64,000 nucleotides of DNA from Isurus oxyrinchus (taxonomy: Eukaryota): contig JANJGN010000035.1 of the NCBI GenBank assembly GCA_026770705.1, forward strand, positions 8,804,001 to 8,868,000, in the 5' to 3' direction. Position 1 is the stretch's first letter. Each line of letters starts with the position of its first letter. A model generated the notes under the pieces. The model was given only the letters and a program-made list of their open reading frames with translations. It ran no database searches and was not told the origin of the DNA. This document shows positions 13,750-26,620 of this stretch, piece by piece. A program made the position numbers and the translations under genes.

Positions 13750-14760
13750 ACAGGCCGCGCTAGCATGGCCAGTGTTTTTTTTTTGCCTATCATGCCTTGC
13801 CGTTAAGAAAATGGTTGTGCCTCAGTTTCCTGAATCACTGAATGTATGCTGTCCGACGATCAAGAAGCTACGTATGAGGAAATTTGTGAATTTATCATGA
13901 GATCAAGAAAAAAAGGGTATAATGTTCCGAGTGATGCTGCTGCTAAAAAAAAGAAGACGAGACTTGGATGTCATGCTGATATGTCTGCATCATTCTCCTT
14001 CTTGTTAATAGATGTTTCAGGTTTTCAAGATGTTCTCAAAGGGGACTTGCAGAGATAAAAATGTGCATTCTAGCTGTGGCAAACAGTGCCTCTACTGTGC
14101 GCTGGAGGAACGGGAGGGAATCTTTTAAGGAGGCGGATGGGGTGCGAACGATTTGTCGTATTAAGTGTAAAACATCTTGATTGTGGTTGAAGCTGATGTA
14201 ATTAGGTAATTGGGAAATACTTTTCCATACCAACATGCCATTTTAAGATACTGAATGCTTTTCTGAAATCAGGAAGTGAATGAATCACTGCTGATGCCCG
14301 AACCACAAGCCACTTTCTGAGACAAATCCTGACAAATATTACAGAAGAGAACAACTGGCCAATCTGATCAGCCAGCCTTGCTCCAGCAAGCCTCCCAGCT
14401 TTCCTCACCTATATCCATCAGCCTGAATCTTACATTTCCTTTATATCCATCATATCTTTCCATTAAATGTTTGCATTGCTTTAACTGATAACATGGGATG
14501 AGGCTTCTCTGGAAATCTAGCATTAATTGAACATGCTGATCTGCACATAATAAGGGACTACAGACACAGCTGCATAAACAATGCGCCCACATGCTGAACG
14601 ACCACCCTAATTGCTGCCAGGAAGGGTTTCCCACGATATTGACCTAGTATCAGTGAAGGAACTGCAAAAGCCTTCCAAGTCACAATTAAATCTGTCAGGA
14701 AGTGGATATGGAAGGCGATGGTGTTCACAAGCATCTACTGCCCTTGTCCTTCTATGCGGT
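13750..14760 (-). mobile_element. Decayed LINE (CR1/L2-like) 3' fragment(s)
   Basis: Reverse-complement similarity to the LINE 3' ends at 23670-24470 and 44400-45300. Confidence 0.5.
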
Positions 14761-16743
14761 TGAGCTCACGGGTTTGAATGATACTGGCGAAGAGCATATT
14801 AAAGTAGGCATATACATTATTGCTTAATAAAAACAATCTCACAAAACTTTTCCTCTTGAACTCATAAGGCGAAGTTCTCAAGAATGCAACATCTAATGGA
14901 AATTTCAATTTATATCGCATTGGAATAGGTTCATGACAGTTTTGCACAATGACTTCTTTTGGTGGATGTGTTGATATAGAAATACACCGAAGCCTTGCTT
15001 TATGCCAAGCTTTATTTAAAATCAAACAAGGAGCGCGATATTGATTGGTAAGTGCATCATCCAATCCCGTGAATTCAGACACATATAAGGACAATGCAGC
15101 AGGTGCTTCTGAAATTCACCGCCTTCAAAAGCCCCTTCAAGGCAGACATAATTGTGACTTTGATTGCAGTTCCCTCACTGACGCGAGGTCAAATTCATGG
15201 AACTCCCTTCATAACAACAAATACCGTGGCCTCGTATCACATGGACTGCAGTGTTTCAGCAGCTGTCTCAGCACCGCCTTCTCAAGCGCAGTACAGCATG
15301 TTCAATAAACGTTGGTTTTCCACTGTTAAACGGTCAAGGAATTGATGTTAATCCAGCTTTCTTTAGTTCACACAGGTGGAAGGTGTTGACATACTCTTTC
15401 TGTTTGTGAAGGGCAGGACTCAGCGTGCAAACCCATGTCACGTCTCCCAAGCCAAAGTGAGCCACATTGAGTGTGACTGATAATATTAAATTACCTGCAG
15501 GGCAATTGTTACCACAATCAGTGTTGTCCAATCACGGAAACATGTCTGATGTTGGACACAACGTTACAAATTTTGCAAGTAGCTCTGAATACAGTCAGTG
15601 GTTTGCATCTTTCAAACAATCGAATGTAGTGTGCTGTTTGATGCAATGCAACAGTCATTGGGACTTATGGTGTGCATACCAGGCATGACACCAGTACTGA
15701 CATACCACGCTACTCACATCCGTGATAGATTGAATGTCTTTCTGACTTGTGCGGTAGCATCCATTTAGTGGTTGATCGTACTGCTATACCAAATGCAGCG
15801 TGAAACATCTATATTCAACTGCTGATCATTTTTTATGGATAATTTAATCTTGCAGGGTAACCTAAATATCACTGGGCACGTTTCAGAAGCAGAAATGGTG
15901 ACCTTAGGCCCGGACATGTTTTTGCACGATTATTAGTTGCATAATCAATGTCACCATGGCACATACACAAGGGTAACCCACAAAACGACTCTATTGTCAC
16001 ATTCCACAAAACGTGAAGGTGCCACTGAAACAAGCTATTCTTAATGATGGGTCAAAATTCGTATCCGTTGGCACTGCCGCTAAACATAACGCTACAATCT
16101 TGATTGAAAAGAAGTTGCACAATAGTTCATTTGATTTATGTAAGAGTAACAATGTGCATGTTGCTGTCAGGCTCTTGTTCCTTCATGAGTATTTTGGATA
16201 GTTCTGCTAATTTGGGGAAAGTATCACAGCGTTAGAGAGAAGGACTTTGGAGGGCAAGCTGACGTTTCTCTTGTCAGTTTGCTTTTGCATTATTGATTCA
16301 ACAGGATGTTTAGCACAGCTTATTCTAGGTCACTTATGATTCAAAGACGTTTCTGCAAATTTCGAAACTGATTTTATGAAGACCAGGTAATGACGGCTGG
16401 TTTACTTTTGTAAAGGCAATCGTTCATCAGCTTGTTTCTAGTTGCTTTTCTTAAGGTTTGGCGAACACAAAGGGGACAGGATGTATGCTATTTTCTTGGT
16501 TTTAAAATCCATGTAAAAAAAAACAAACGCAAACTGTTGCAATGTTTTTCGCTGGATGTTACCTCAGCGTTTGAAAATATAATGAATAGCATAGCAACAA
16601 CCTCATCATGCTACCTTCAATTTAAGTTATTAAACCATGGAATTATGAATTTTCATGTCAAAAAATCTGATATGAAAATCGTACAGAAATATATTCTACG
16701 TTCGAACCAGCATGAAATTAAGAAGCAGGTACTGCAAACTCAC

Positions 16744-16935
16744 AGAATTTCTTTCAGATACGTGTTCTTATGGCTGAGTTGCTGCAATGCTGGAATAGAT
16801 TTGTCAGTCAGCAAGTTAGCCCAATCGCCCTTCGGGCTTGCATTACTCAGGTCCAGTTGCATCAATGAACGATTTAACATGAGAGCAGAGATCAAGTTTT
16901 CCAAGCAAGCATCTGTGAGATTGTTTGATTTTAAC
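16744..16935 (-). CDS. NLR gene LRR exon (192 nt, phase 2-2): (R)LKSNNLTDACLENLISALMLNRSLMQLDLSNASPKGDWANLLTDKSIPALQQLSHKNTYLKEI(L)
   Basis: Acceptor tttttccttcacaacag|G, donor CT|gtgagt; ribonuclease-inhibitor-type LRR motifs (LxxNxLTD, NRSLxxLDLSxN). Confidence 0.92.
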
Positions 16936-17689
16936 CTGTTGTGAAGGAAAAACAATACTGACATAAAAATAACAGCAAGTACAAATCAAATTAGATATTA
17001 CGACCAAATGATATATTACAATTTCAACATTCGAAGGAAAAGCCTGCGCATGCACAATCCAATTTATTTAACATCATAATTATTACTATCCCATGATAAA
17101 TCAAAACCAGTATTTCTTAATACTTATTCCCACCATATATATATATATATTTTTTAACAATCAACTGACTTCTACACTATATTTGTGCTTCCCGATGCTT
17201 TAAAGCCAATTACTCACTCCAATCTCTGTATTTTCGAATCCGTTTTGTTCAGTGCAGCAGAGATCTGTTCCATTCCCGAATCTCCAATTCCATTTCCATT
17301 CAGCCTAATCATACACAAACAGAATGAATAATTCCTATGGAATTATACATCAGTTTGCAATTATTCGCAAATAAGCAATATGTTTAACTGGAGCAATTCC
17401 GGTCATTGAGAAGTCAATGTAATACTTGTCATTCAAACTAAATAGCTAATCGGGCATGGGGGCGGTAGTATACAGCAATGCTGTAATGCATATCAACATA
17501 TTTTGCAGACGGGCAAACTATCTAACATTCAGTCCATCAATCCTTGTTCTAGGCATCTTACCGTACCTTATTACAGGGCCAATGCCTGCATGTGGGTGGG
17601 GGGAGTGGGCTAGCTCAAAGACAAATGTGATTGGGCCGTGGTGTATGGTATAATTTTTTTAAAGGATGAAGCAAGCTGGAAAGTGCGTT

Positions 17690-19140
17690 CGCTGTGGTTT
17701 TCTGCTAGGACTGAGACATGTGAGTGTTTATGTGCATAGTTGCTTAAAGTTGGCAGAATATATTGAGAGCGTAGTTGGAAATGCATGTTGTGCCTTATGT
17801 TTCATAAATGGACGAACTTTGCCTTCATGAATGAACGTTATGCAGAAAATATATGAAGCATTATTAGGGACGTAACTAAAATATTCTACCAACTTAAATA
17901 TCCATTCTTTAAGAGGTTTTTTTTTTGTTATCCTTTAAACTTTCGTGGGCTGTGTGCTGCACTGACAAGACTAAAATATCTTGCCCACCCAGAATTACCG
18001 CTGAATTAAATTTGCTCATCTGCCTTCCTGGGCCGCTGGAGCAGATTTAGTACAGGCACTCTCACAACACTATTCAGAAGGATGTTTCAGAATTTTGATC
18101 CTGCGATAGTGAAGGAATCAAGATATAGTTTCAAGTTAGAATGTCGTGTGGCGAGTTACAAGTTGTGCTGAGGACGTGTTCTTATGCGTCTACTGCCATT
18201 AGCCAATTAGTTGGCACACGCTGTGGGTGTGGAATGTGCTGCAAAATTAAGTATGGCAAAATGATGCAGTACATTGTATTGATAATATATATTTAACTGC
18301 CAATGTGCGTCGATGATGGAGTGGATGCTTGTTTAACTAGGAAAGTGGAGTGCTGACCCAGCGGACTCTTTTGAACTGGATGATGTCGACATTCTTCAGT
18401 GTTGCTGTGTTGCCGAATGCATAAAGGAAATTAATGGGTGTTCCAATGCAATGCTGACTTCAGCATCCTAAATGGCCAACTGCCTTTGAAGAGTCCGGAC
18501 GTGAGTAAATCACCTTGAACTTCGCATGTATTTACTTAGTCTTGTAAACCTAGTATTTACGTTCATAGTCCATTTCCTTTAATGGTCAATTACAAACCCA
18601 GAATGGTGATAGCGGGAGCATTTATCTATGGCACTTCCATTGCATTTCACTTTTATGAGCGTGTTTGGGAGTGTACAGAGCATAATTTCCAGAGATGATA
18701 TCATGTGTAGGGATTACAGAAAGATAAAGTTGAATAATCAGCGGCTGTTTTCCTTGGGACCTAACAATTTGTGTGGAGATTTGATACATTTGGAACGTGT
18801 GTTTATTGAGATGTGGCAAAATATAATATCCCCGTTAGCTGGCATTAAGTAGATGAAAGGGGCACATATTGAAATTGTTCACCTAAATATGCAGTGGAAA
18901 TGCGAGGAGGAACAGTTTTACAGAACGATTGCTTAATAAGTCACTGCCTGGGAGTCTCGCAGCAGTACACGTGATCACTGAAAACTACACTTCAGTTAAC
19001 AAATATTTGAGGGAAATGAAACTAAATTGAAATTACTCAGCGCGGAGAAAAGCGGTTGATTTAATTGCTTTTTAGCTTCTGCACGTACACGATGGAAGAA
19101 ATGACATCCTTATGTGCTGCAATCAATTTATGAGGCTGAT
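17690..19140. mobile_element. Cluster of decayed LINE fragments (CR1 plus-strand pieces flanking a minus-strand LINE 3' piece)
   Basis: CR1 3'-region text (ggctgttttccttgg...ggagatttgatac; gatggaagaaatgacatccttatgtgctg) and minus-strand LINE tail similar to 13750-14760. Confidence 0.5.
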
Positions 19141-19642
19141 TTAAGAGGACAAATTCTTAGACTTCGCAGTGACTTGTATTCGGAAAATCCTGCGTGAATT
19201 GTCGTGTAACTGAAGACAACATATTGGTAAAAGGATTGGAACAAATGCTCGATACGCAGAAATTTTCACTTATTTCAAAGCAAAGTGGAGTGTAAAGCGC
19301 TGACAACTGCACGATTGGTGGAAATCCCTCCGATTATAGAGAATGAACTGTTCTCCCAACACAAACTAGCATAATCTGATTAGATCAAAATGGACTACAT
19401 CGCAGTGCTACAATTTGATTCCAGTGTATTATAATTGTGCACAGGAAGAAGATGTGATGCTTACAACAGCGATTCCAATGTATTTAAAATGCGTGATGGT
19501 GTGCTCGGATGCTATTCAAAAATATACTCAGCTGCTTTTTTCACCTGTTGTTTTAGTATTAGTTGCTATTGCAGAAAATACTCCATCATGTAGTGCAACA
19601 GTTATTGATTAAAACGGTCATTTAACACTTTTGATGAATTAC

Positions 19643-21353
19643 CTGAGTATGCGTATTTTAGGCAGTATGGGTTCCAGCTGATAGATGCCCTCCTGTTGTA
19701 CAGCACAAGTACTGAGGTCAAGCTCTTCAATCAGCTCAACGTCCATTAAACAGCTTGCGAGCACCGCACAATCAGATGGTTTTAGGTAACATTTTGTGAA
19801 TTTCATTATCTTTAGCGGTGATAATGCGCTGGTCGTCAGATTTCTCTTCCCAAATTCATGAAGGTAATGCAATATTTGTAAGGTCGTGCGTTGGCTTAGT
19901 CTATCCTCCAGGTTATGAACAAATCGTTCGCAGCTGTCTTTGAGCCAATCCGACAAACATGACGGTATTTCTGGAGCCGGTTCGCACAATTCATACTCAA
20001 GGTTTGCAACTGACCCCCCTGATGAGAGGCCAAAAATAAATCGTGACATCATCTCGAATCTATTGTCAGTGCACAAGCACCATTCCTGAAGCAATCGTAC
20101 TAAATCATGTCCTGGTCTACGTTGACTTTTCATTAATGCTGCGACAAAGTCACGCATCAGTGAATGGGTAAATTTGTAGACAACGCTGGACTGATCTTCT
20201 TCCTGAATTTCCATCATAATTGTTGCTATAATTCTGGAAAGGTTGATGTTGTGCAGATTGATTTGACCAGCCTTAAACACAGCAAGATTGTTGCAAATTC
20301 CCTTGTAGGCCAATTTACCTAGTGTTAGCAACTCTGTGTTTGAGTTATCTGTCGCATAGCCGCATCGATTTAAAAGGCATGTGAAGTAAGCCGAGAAGAA
20401 ACATGTGTCTGGTATGAATAGATGTGTCCAATTTCCTTTTGACAAGTGCATTTCCAATAATGAACAAACAACGGAGCAGTACAGAGGGTTATAACACATG
20501 CCGTATATTGTTTCATTACACTCAATGTATTTGATTGCATCTGTAGCAGGTTGTTCATCGCCAAGAAACCGGCTAAAATATTCTCTTGTCCTCTCGGGGG
20601 TGAAACCCAGTATTTTGCCACATAGATTTATGTGTGCCTTTTCTAAAGATTCTAGTTTCCAAGGACGGCTTGTTGCAAGCACAGAGCAACCTTTCAACAA
20701 CTGTCCTTTTATAATGCAGCGCACAATATCAGCTGTTATGTAACAGCACTCAGGATTGATACATTGATTTTGGAGATCCTTGTCACTTTGTGTATCGGCG
20801 AATTCAATAGGTGGCTCAATTTGATCTAAATCATCAAATATAAACAATATTTTTGCTGGTTCATTCCACAGATGTCCCAATCGGTTTTCGAAATCGGGGA
20901 AGGAATCAAGGATCAGATCATTTAAACTTGTTTTCCCCTGTATTGAATTCAAATGTCGAACCTTGAAAGGAAAAATAAATTTAACTTGTTGCCATAATTT
21001 TCCCTCAGACCAGTCATGAATTATTTTCTGTATCATGGTGCTTTTTCCAATTCCGACCGCCCCGATGATTACCGTGGTGTAAGAGGTTCCTGTGTCAGCT
21101 GAACTGTTTTCCATTATATGAGAGAACTGAATTTCTTCGGGAGCCTCCGCCGATGTAATTTCCTTCAACTCTCGACCCTGTGCTTTTTGTTCATTTTCCA
21201 CAAGTCTCCGCGAACGCAATGGAGAAACAATCCTTAGTTCAGTATATATTTCATCCAATGAAAGTTTTCTGTATTTTTTGCCTCTTGTCACATTTCCAGT
21301 TGTCACCATCATATTCTTCTTGCGAAGATTGTCTTTGTGTGTTAGCTCTATTT
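19643..21353 (-). CDS. NLR gene NACHT exon (1711 nt; pre-NACHT linker, NBD, HD1, WHD, HD2, first LRRs); NLRP3/NLRP12/NLRC3-like chondrichthyan-type NLR
   Basis: 584-aa ORF; Walker A GAVGIGKST (21063-21037), Walker B ILFIFDDLDQ (20850-20821), sensor-1 LATSRP, MCYNP, WHD YKFTH, HD2 RFIFGLS, LRR IEELDLSTC; acceptor gaatcaag|AAATAG (phase 1), donor AG|gtaatt (phase 2). The track's ATG at 21393 is intronic in this model. Confidence 0.97.
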
Positions 21354-23669
21354 CTTGATTCAAGGTAAGTAAAAACGATATTAGTGTAAGCATGGTAATT
21401 TAGAAGACAAATATTTACAGAGCACTTCTGTAGAAAGTGTAAGTAAACTTGTAGAGGTATATGTTTAAAGAAAACAATCTGTTGATAAAGAACGAGACCT
21501 GAATATTGAGTTCTCACGTTATGACAGAGGATGCAAACAGTTATTGTGCCAGATTACATTTTTGGGAAACAGCCTGCAGATTCGAATGTTTAGATCTCTT
21601 AAGGGGGGCGCATACCTATTGCACAGATATATGCAATGAATAACACCAAAATAAGAGGCCATCATGTTATCGAATTATTCAAATGCAATGGGAACGGAAT
21701 ATATTCAGAGCAGCGGATAGTTTATATTTCAGAATGGCACGTGAGTACAGTGATGACAATTTGTCAACAGATTCCCTGAAATAATTAATTATAGCAGCAG
21801 TTATGAAATGAAGGACTATCCCGTGTCCAAGCTGTATAAATTCTAGAATGTTTATTTATAGGTGCTGGAAAGGCAGTATATGTATTAGCTCACAGAAGCG
21901 GAATTTCGGTCTTGCCTGAAGATTTAAATAACATGGAAACGTGGTAAATAATCCATAATTTTAACAGCACCTGTGTGAAATGAAACTGAGTTAACATTTC
22001 GACACTGTGACGTTTCATCTGAAGAGTGAAAAGCTTGAAGTGTCATATGCAATGAAGAAGTGAAAAGACGGACTGTAGGAAAAATCAAAGGGGAAAATCT
22101 GCGCAAGAGTGGAGGACAGGAAAAAAAGTAACAAGGCAATAAAGCTCTCACGTGCAATGTTAAATAAATGTTACGTAACAAGTTATCAAATAAAATATGT
22201 TGTCGAAGAAGCTTGGATGGTGATCTGGCTGCGTCCAGGTGCAAGATATTAAACATATAAAAGAAAGAAAATGGAAATCAGCAAAACAATTAAAAATACA
22301 CAGAGGCAAAATTTGCAGATTATTAATGAGTTGAATTCAAAAGTGCTATGATTCCATATATGCGAGTAGTTTCTCCTTTCTCGTCACGTTGACCTGGAAA
22401 TTCATTGGGCTATTTCAGCAAGCCAAGGTTTGAAATCTCAATATGGCAGCATGTGAAGTAAACAAATTAGCGGCGAGTGAAACCTTAGGGTTATATTATT
22501 GACTGCATGGCGTTGAACTGCAGTGCAGTCAGGAAGTTTGCATCTTGTTTGATTATCATAGAGAAGTCTACAACTTGAGCAATTAATACACTTTATTAAA
22601 TTGAAAAAAATAAGGTGAAGGGCTTCGCTCTTTCAAGAGGAACGTCCGTTCTGTGCCTTTGACCTGGAAAATGGAAGAGATAGAATGTCATTTGTTGCCA
22701 TTGCTGTGATGGAATGGCAAAGCGCCAGCCAGTGAACTTTGGGATTGCCCTGCCTTCATTCAACAAATAAAAGGATAATTATCAGAACGCGGAACTTGAT
22801 GAAGTGGCAACGACAAAAAATGTTTATTCAGTTACTCTCTTCAGATGCTGTTCAACTGCTATGTGCTTTTCCACATGGTATGTTGTTAATAAAACCGTAA
22901 ATAAACGTTGTTGAAGATAGATCACCTTTGATGTAGACAAAGGACATTGTTGGCGCCAGAAACTGCAAGGTGCTGATATCCCGGAGCAGTTTGGATATTT
23001 CGTGGATGTCGGTTGCAAGAGACTGGACAACAGTAGAAAAAAATGTTCCAGGAAACCAGCAATTAGTTCAGTGGAGCAGAAAAATGGAATGGGGTTACCT
23101 CCATATTAATTCGTAAAGAACTGTTACTGAGTTAAAAACAGTGTTCTCTGCGATGTGTAAGTGTGAGATTGCAGCCAACTGAGGGAAGATCAACGAACAA
23201 ATTATGTTACTGGAGATCCTAAAAACAATAGTTTGTTCATCGTTTGGTGTGGTCATGGTCAATGTTGGGAAGTGGAGGCATGAGCAAGCTGTAGCAAGCT
23301 GACGTTCACCAACTGCGAGGTGGATGTTGGTATTCCAGCCGGTATCCAGATTGAGCTGATCAGCATGTTTTATGATAATCTTAACGTTAGACCTGGGCTG
23401 ACAGAGTCGCATTTTGAACGCAACAGATTGGGCTCACATTTCCACTGAAGTCCAGGCTTAGACTGAACGCGCCCTTGAACCAGAGGGGCTGTCTGCAAAA
23501 ATCGATTCACCCTCATTTGCAGACTTTTTTTCAAAGCAGATATTTTTTTCCATTCAAACTTTCACGGACTGCCATGTAGAATGCTGAAACAAGTTCCACA
23601 ATGCATACTCCTTATCCTCTGAAATTACGCTCCGTTTACCATGCAACTACGCTACCGGACCACCCAAAT

Positions 23670-24470
23670 AAATCCAAGCTTAGGCTAACAAGAGGTAAGA
23701 AATGCTTATGCCACAGAAGTGCCAGATATTGCCAATCTGCCGCAAGAGATCATCTAACCATTGCCCCTTGACGGTCACTGTCATTGCCATCGGTAGTTCC
23801 CCCACTACCAACACTCTGGGGGTAACCAGGTACCAGAAAACGAACTGGAGTAGTCATATACATACTATTGATAAAAGAGCAGGTCGCAGGCTGGGAATCC
23901 TGCGACGAGTCACTCACCTTCTGACAAGTCAAACCTCTCCATTTTCACAAGGAAAAATTCAGGAACGTGAAGAAACACTCTGAGCTTACTTTGGTCATTT
24001 CAGCCCCCTCAACAATCAAGAAACTTTTCATCAGCCTGGACAAAGAAGCTAGCCAGACTGGAAATACATCCACATACATTGACTTCATCCAGATGCAGAG
24101 AACAGTAGCAACAGTGTGTTCAATCTACAAATTGCACTGCAAGATACACCAAGGCTACTTAAGGAGCAATTTACACACGCACAAAAACCCCACCTGGGAA
24201 GGACAAGGCCTGCAGGAGCATTGCAATGGCAGCATGCGGGATTTTGCCTCGATCGAATCACTAAACTAACTTGGGAATACTTCTCCGTTCCCTGACTGTT
24301 GTTGGTTGAAGTTTCTGGAATCTCCTTCCTAAAAGCACGGTTGTGCAGCTACATGGCATGGATAGCAACGGCTGAAGATGAAAGCACACCACGAACATAT
24401 TATCACCCATTAGAAATGGACATTGAACAATGTCCCAGCAATGGAAGCCCACGTCCCATGAATCAATAAA
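23670..24470 (+). mobile_element. LINE (CR1/L2-like) 3' fragment
   Basis: TLGVTRYQKTNWSSHIHTIDKRAGRRLGILRRV, a typical post-RT LINE motif; ends ...atgaatcaataaa. Confidence 0.75.
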
Positions 24471-24649
24471 AGTATATCTATTTATCCATGTGTCTACTGC
24501 ATATTTATGAATGTATCTATCTATCCATCTGCCTATCTATCTACCAACCTTTCTATCTGCCTGTGCATATATATCTCTGCCTGTCTGGCTACCTGCCTCT
24601 CTGGCTAATTGTCTCTCTGGCTATGTATTTGGTACTTTTGATGTTGCCT

Positions 24650-26620
24650 GCTTGTGTAGCCATTGTGTTCATATGGCTCGCCTTGGTCAGTGTCTGCTCA
24701 ATCATTGCCAAGAGCACATTGACCGTTACAGATTCTACGATAGTAATGTCCACAAATGTCATGGGTCAATGGTTAAATTCTGTCTGGTAGATAGTCGTTG
24801 CCTGGCACTTGTGTGGCTCCAATGTAATTTCGCAATTGTCAGCTCATATCTGACATCGTACACGGTTTGCTCCTTGGGGCATGTACTGCTTTAATATCTG
24901 AGGTTTCGCAGCTGCTGCAAAATGTTGTGCAATCATCAGTGAGCATCCACACGTCTGACCTTGTTATAGAAGGAAGGTTCTTTATGAAGCATGGAAGTTG
25001 ATGCAACATAGAAAACTGAACTGAAGTAATCCTGAGGTGATTCCATCTAATGATAATATTCGCCTCCAACAGGAACGACCTTTGGGTCAGGTATGAACCC
25101 AAACAGGAGAGTGCGTTCTCGTGATTTCAGTCGACTCTAGTTTTCCTCGGGCCCCTTAATCCCACAATTGGTCAACTGTTTTTTTTTATTCCATAGGCAT
25201 TCATTCTCACCTCACGTCTGCATGTGAATTTTTGTGTCCATCTTTGAACCTAGGATGACATGACGTCAGGTGCTTAAGGGCCCAGGATTAGCCGGAACTC
25301 AGTGTCACAGAGGTAATGGTAAGTATTATGGATATCTCCTGCTTCACTTTACAAATAACGGCACTGATGTGTAAATAGCAGTGATGTAGATGCCCTGAAA
25401 CAGCTTGATGAGTGTCATGGCAATTTCTTGCACAAATGTCTTTATTGCTGGAATACTTTCATGGCCCACATCCTTTACAGTATCCTTTGCCTTCAGCATT
25501 TTTTTGATATCACGTGGACTGACTCCAAAAGGCTGGAGGCTCGCTGTGATGCTGGGGACCTCCGGAATGGCCGGAATGCATCATTCCATTGGCATTTCTA
25601 GCTGAAGACTGTTGCAAGTGCTTCAGTCATTTATTTCAGACTGATGTGCTGGGCTCACGCTTCATTGAGGTTTGTGATATTTGTCTAGCCTCCTCCTACA
25701 CGTTTTTCAATTGTCTCCCCGAATGCACATTTGGACGAGGCAGGGCTGCAGACCTTAGATCTGATCTGTCTGTTGTGTCATCGTTTTGCCTTGTTGATTT
25801 CCTCAGACTTGCCGCAGACCCAGACAAGCATCAATGACATTTTTGATTGAGCCAGCACTTTCTGTGGTTGTTCTACTGAGGCACTCTTAGTGATAGGATT
25901 TGAAGTCCCTTCCTCAGAGTATATTCAATTCCCTTGCCACCTTCAATAATTCCTCATTTTCTATTTTTATTTTGGCACGTTAGGGTACAGATTTATCATC
26001 TTAATTTGTGTAGGTCGGAGAAGAGGCCGTGAGGATGTTAGTGTTACCTGGCCATCAGCTGAAGTTTCCTTGACGATGTTTGACCTGCTGCAGTCGGACT
26101 GCATGGCGACCTGATTAGATGTTGGAAAGTCCTTTTCAGCCACCTCTGCTACGCCGACACTCCTGCACGGACAAATGATGGGTCATTTTCTGCCAGAAAT
26201 GATCCGTAGGCATGACCATGTCAGGCCAGTGAGCAGCTCTCCCAATTTTGCCACAAGCCATAGGTGGACTTGACTTCTTATACCGGAGTGACTTTGTCTG
26301 TGGCGTTTATGCTGCCTAGATTGATGTTGTTTCCGGTTTCAGTATTTATAGATGCAACTGTGTGGAGTCACATTTCACATGTATGGCAGATGAGGTTAGG
26401 AAGGACGATGAAACGGTGGGCATTTCCCCGAAAATTCATTCACAGTCATGATTAGATTATTTTTTTTATTCCAGATATTTATTCAAATGAAAATTTTACC
26501 ATCTGCCATGTTGAAATTCGAAATGAGGTTCCCTGTTCCTTACCAGAGTTTTTAAATTACGAGTCCAGTGACGATACTTAATGTCACCACCTCACCCAAA
26601 ATTTGCACCTTGACACCTTC
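24650..26620 (-). mobile_element. Same-family LINE, decayed EN-RT region, minus strand
   Basis: PSITRSDVWMLTDDCTTF (RT ADD motif); reverse-complement similarity to 33400-35470 and 38990-40050. Confidence 0.65.

Noticed and set aside
16432-16944. 170-aa plus-strand ORF
   Set aside because: Antisense shadow of the LRR exon plus AT-rich intron; no recognisable domain
21354-21393. ATG of the 584-aa ORF (MLTLISFLLTL) as a start codon with a hydrophobic leader
   Set aside because: It is the translated pyrimidine-rich intron end; a phase-1 acceptor at 21353 and compatible upstream exons explain it better
21976-21991. ISRE-like gaaatgaaactga upstream of the NACHT exon
   Set aside because: Lies in a decayed Penelope tail that carries this text by default; no independent promoter evidence
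24488-24894. Hydrophobic ORFs resembling membrane proteins
   Set aside because: Arise from a degenerate tatc/tgtc simple repeat running into antisense LINE sequence
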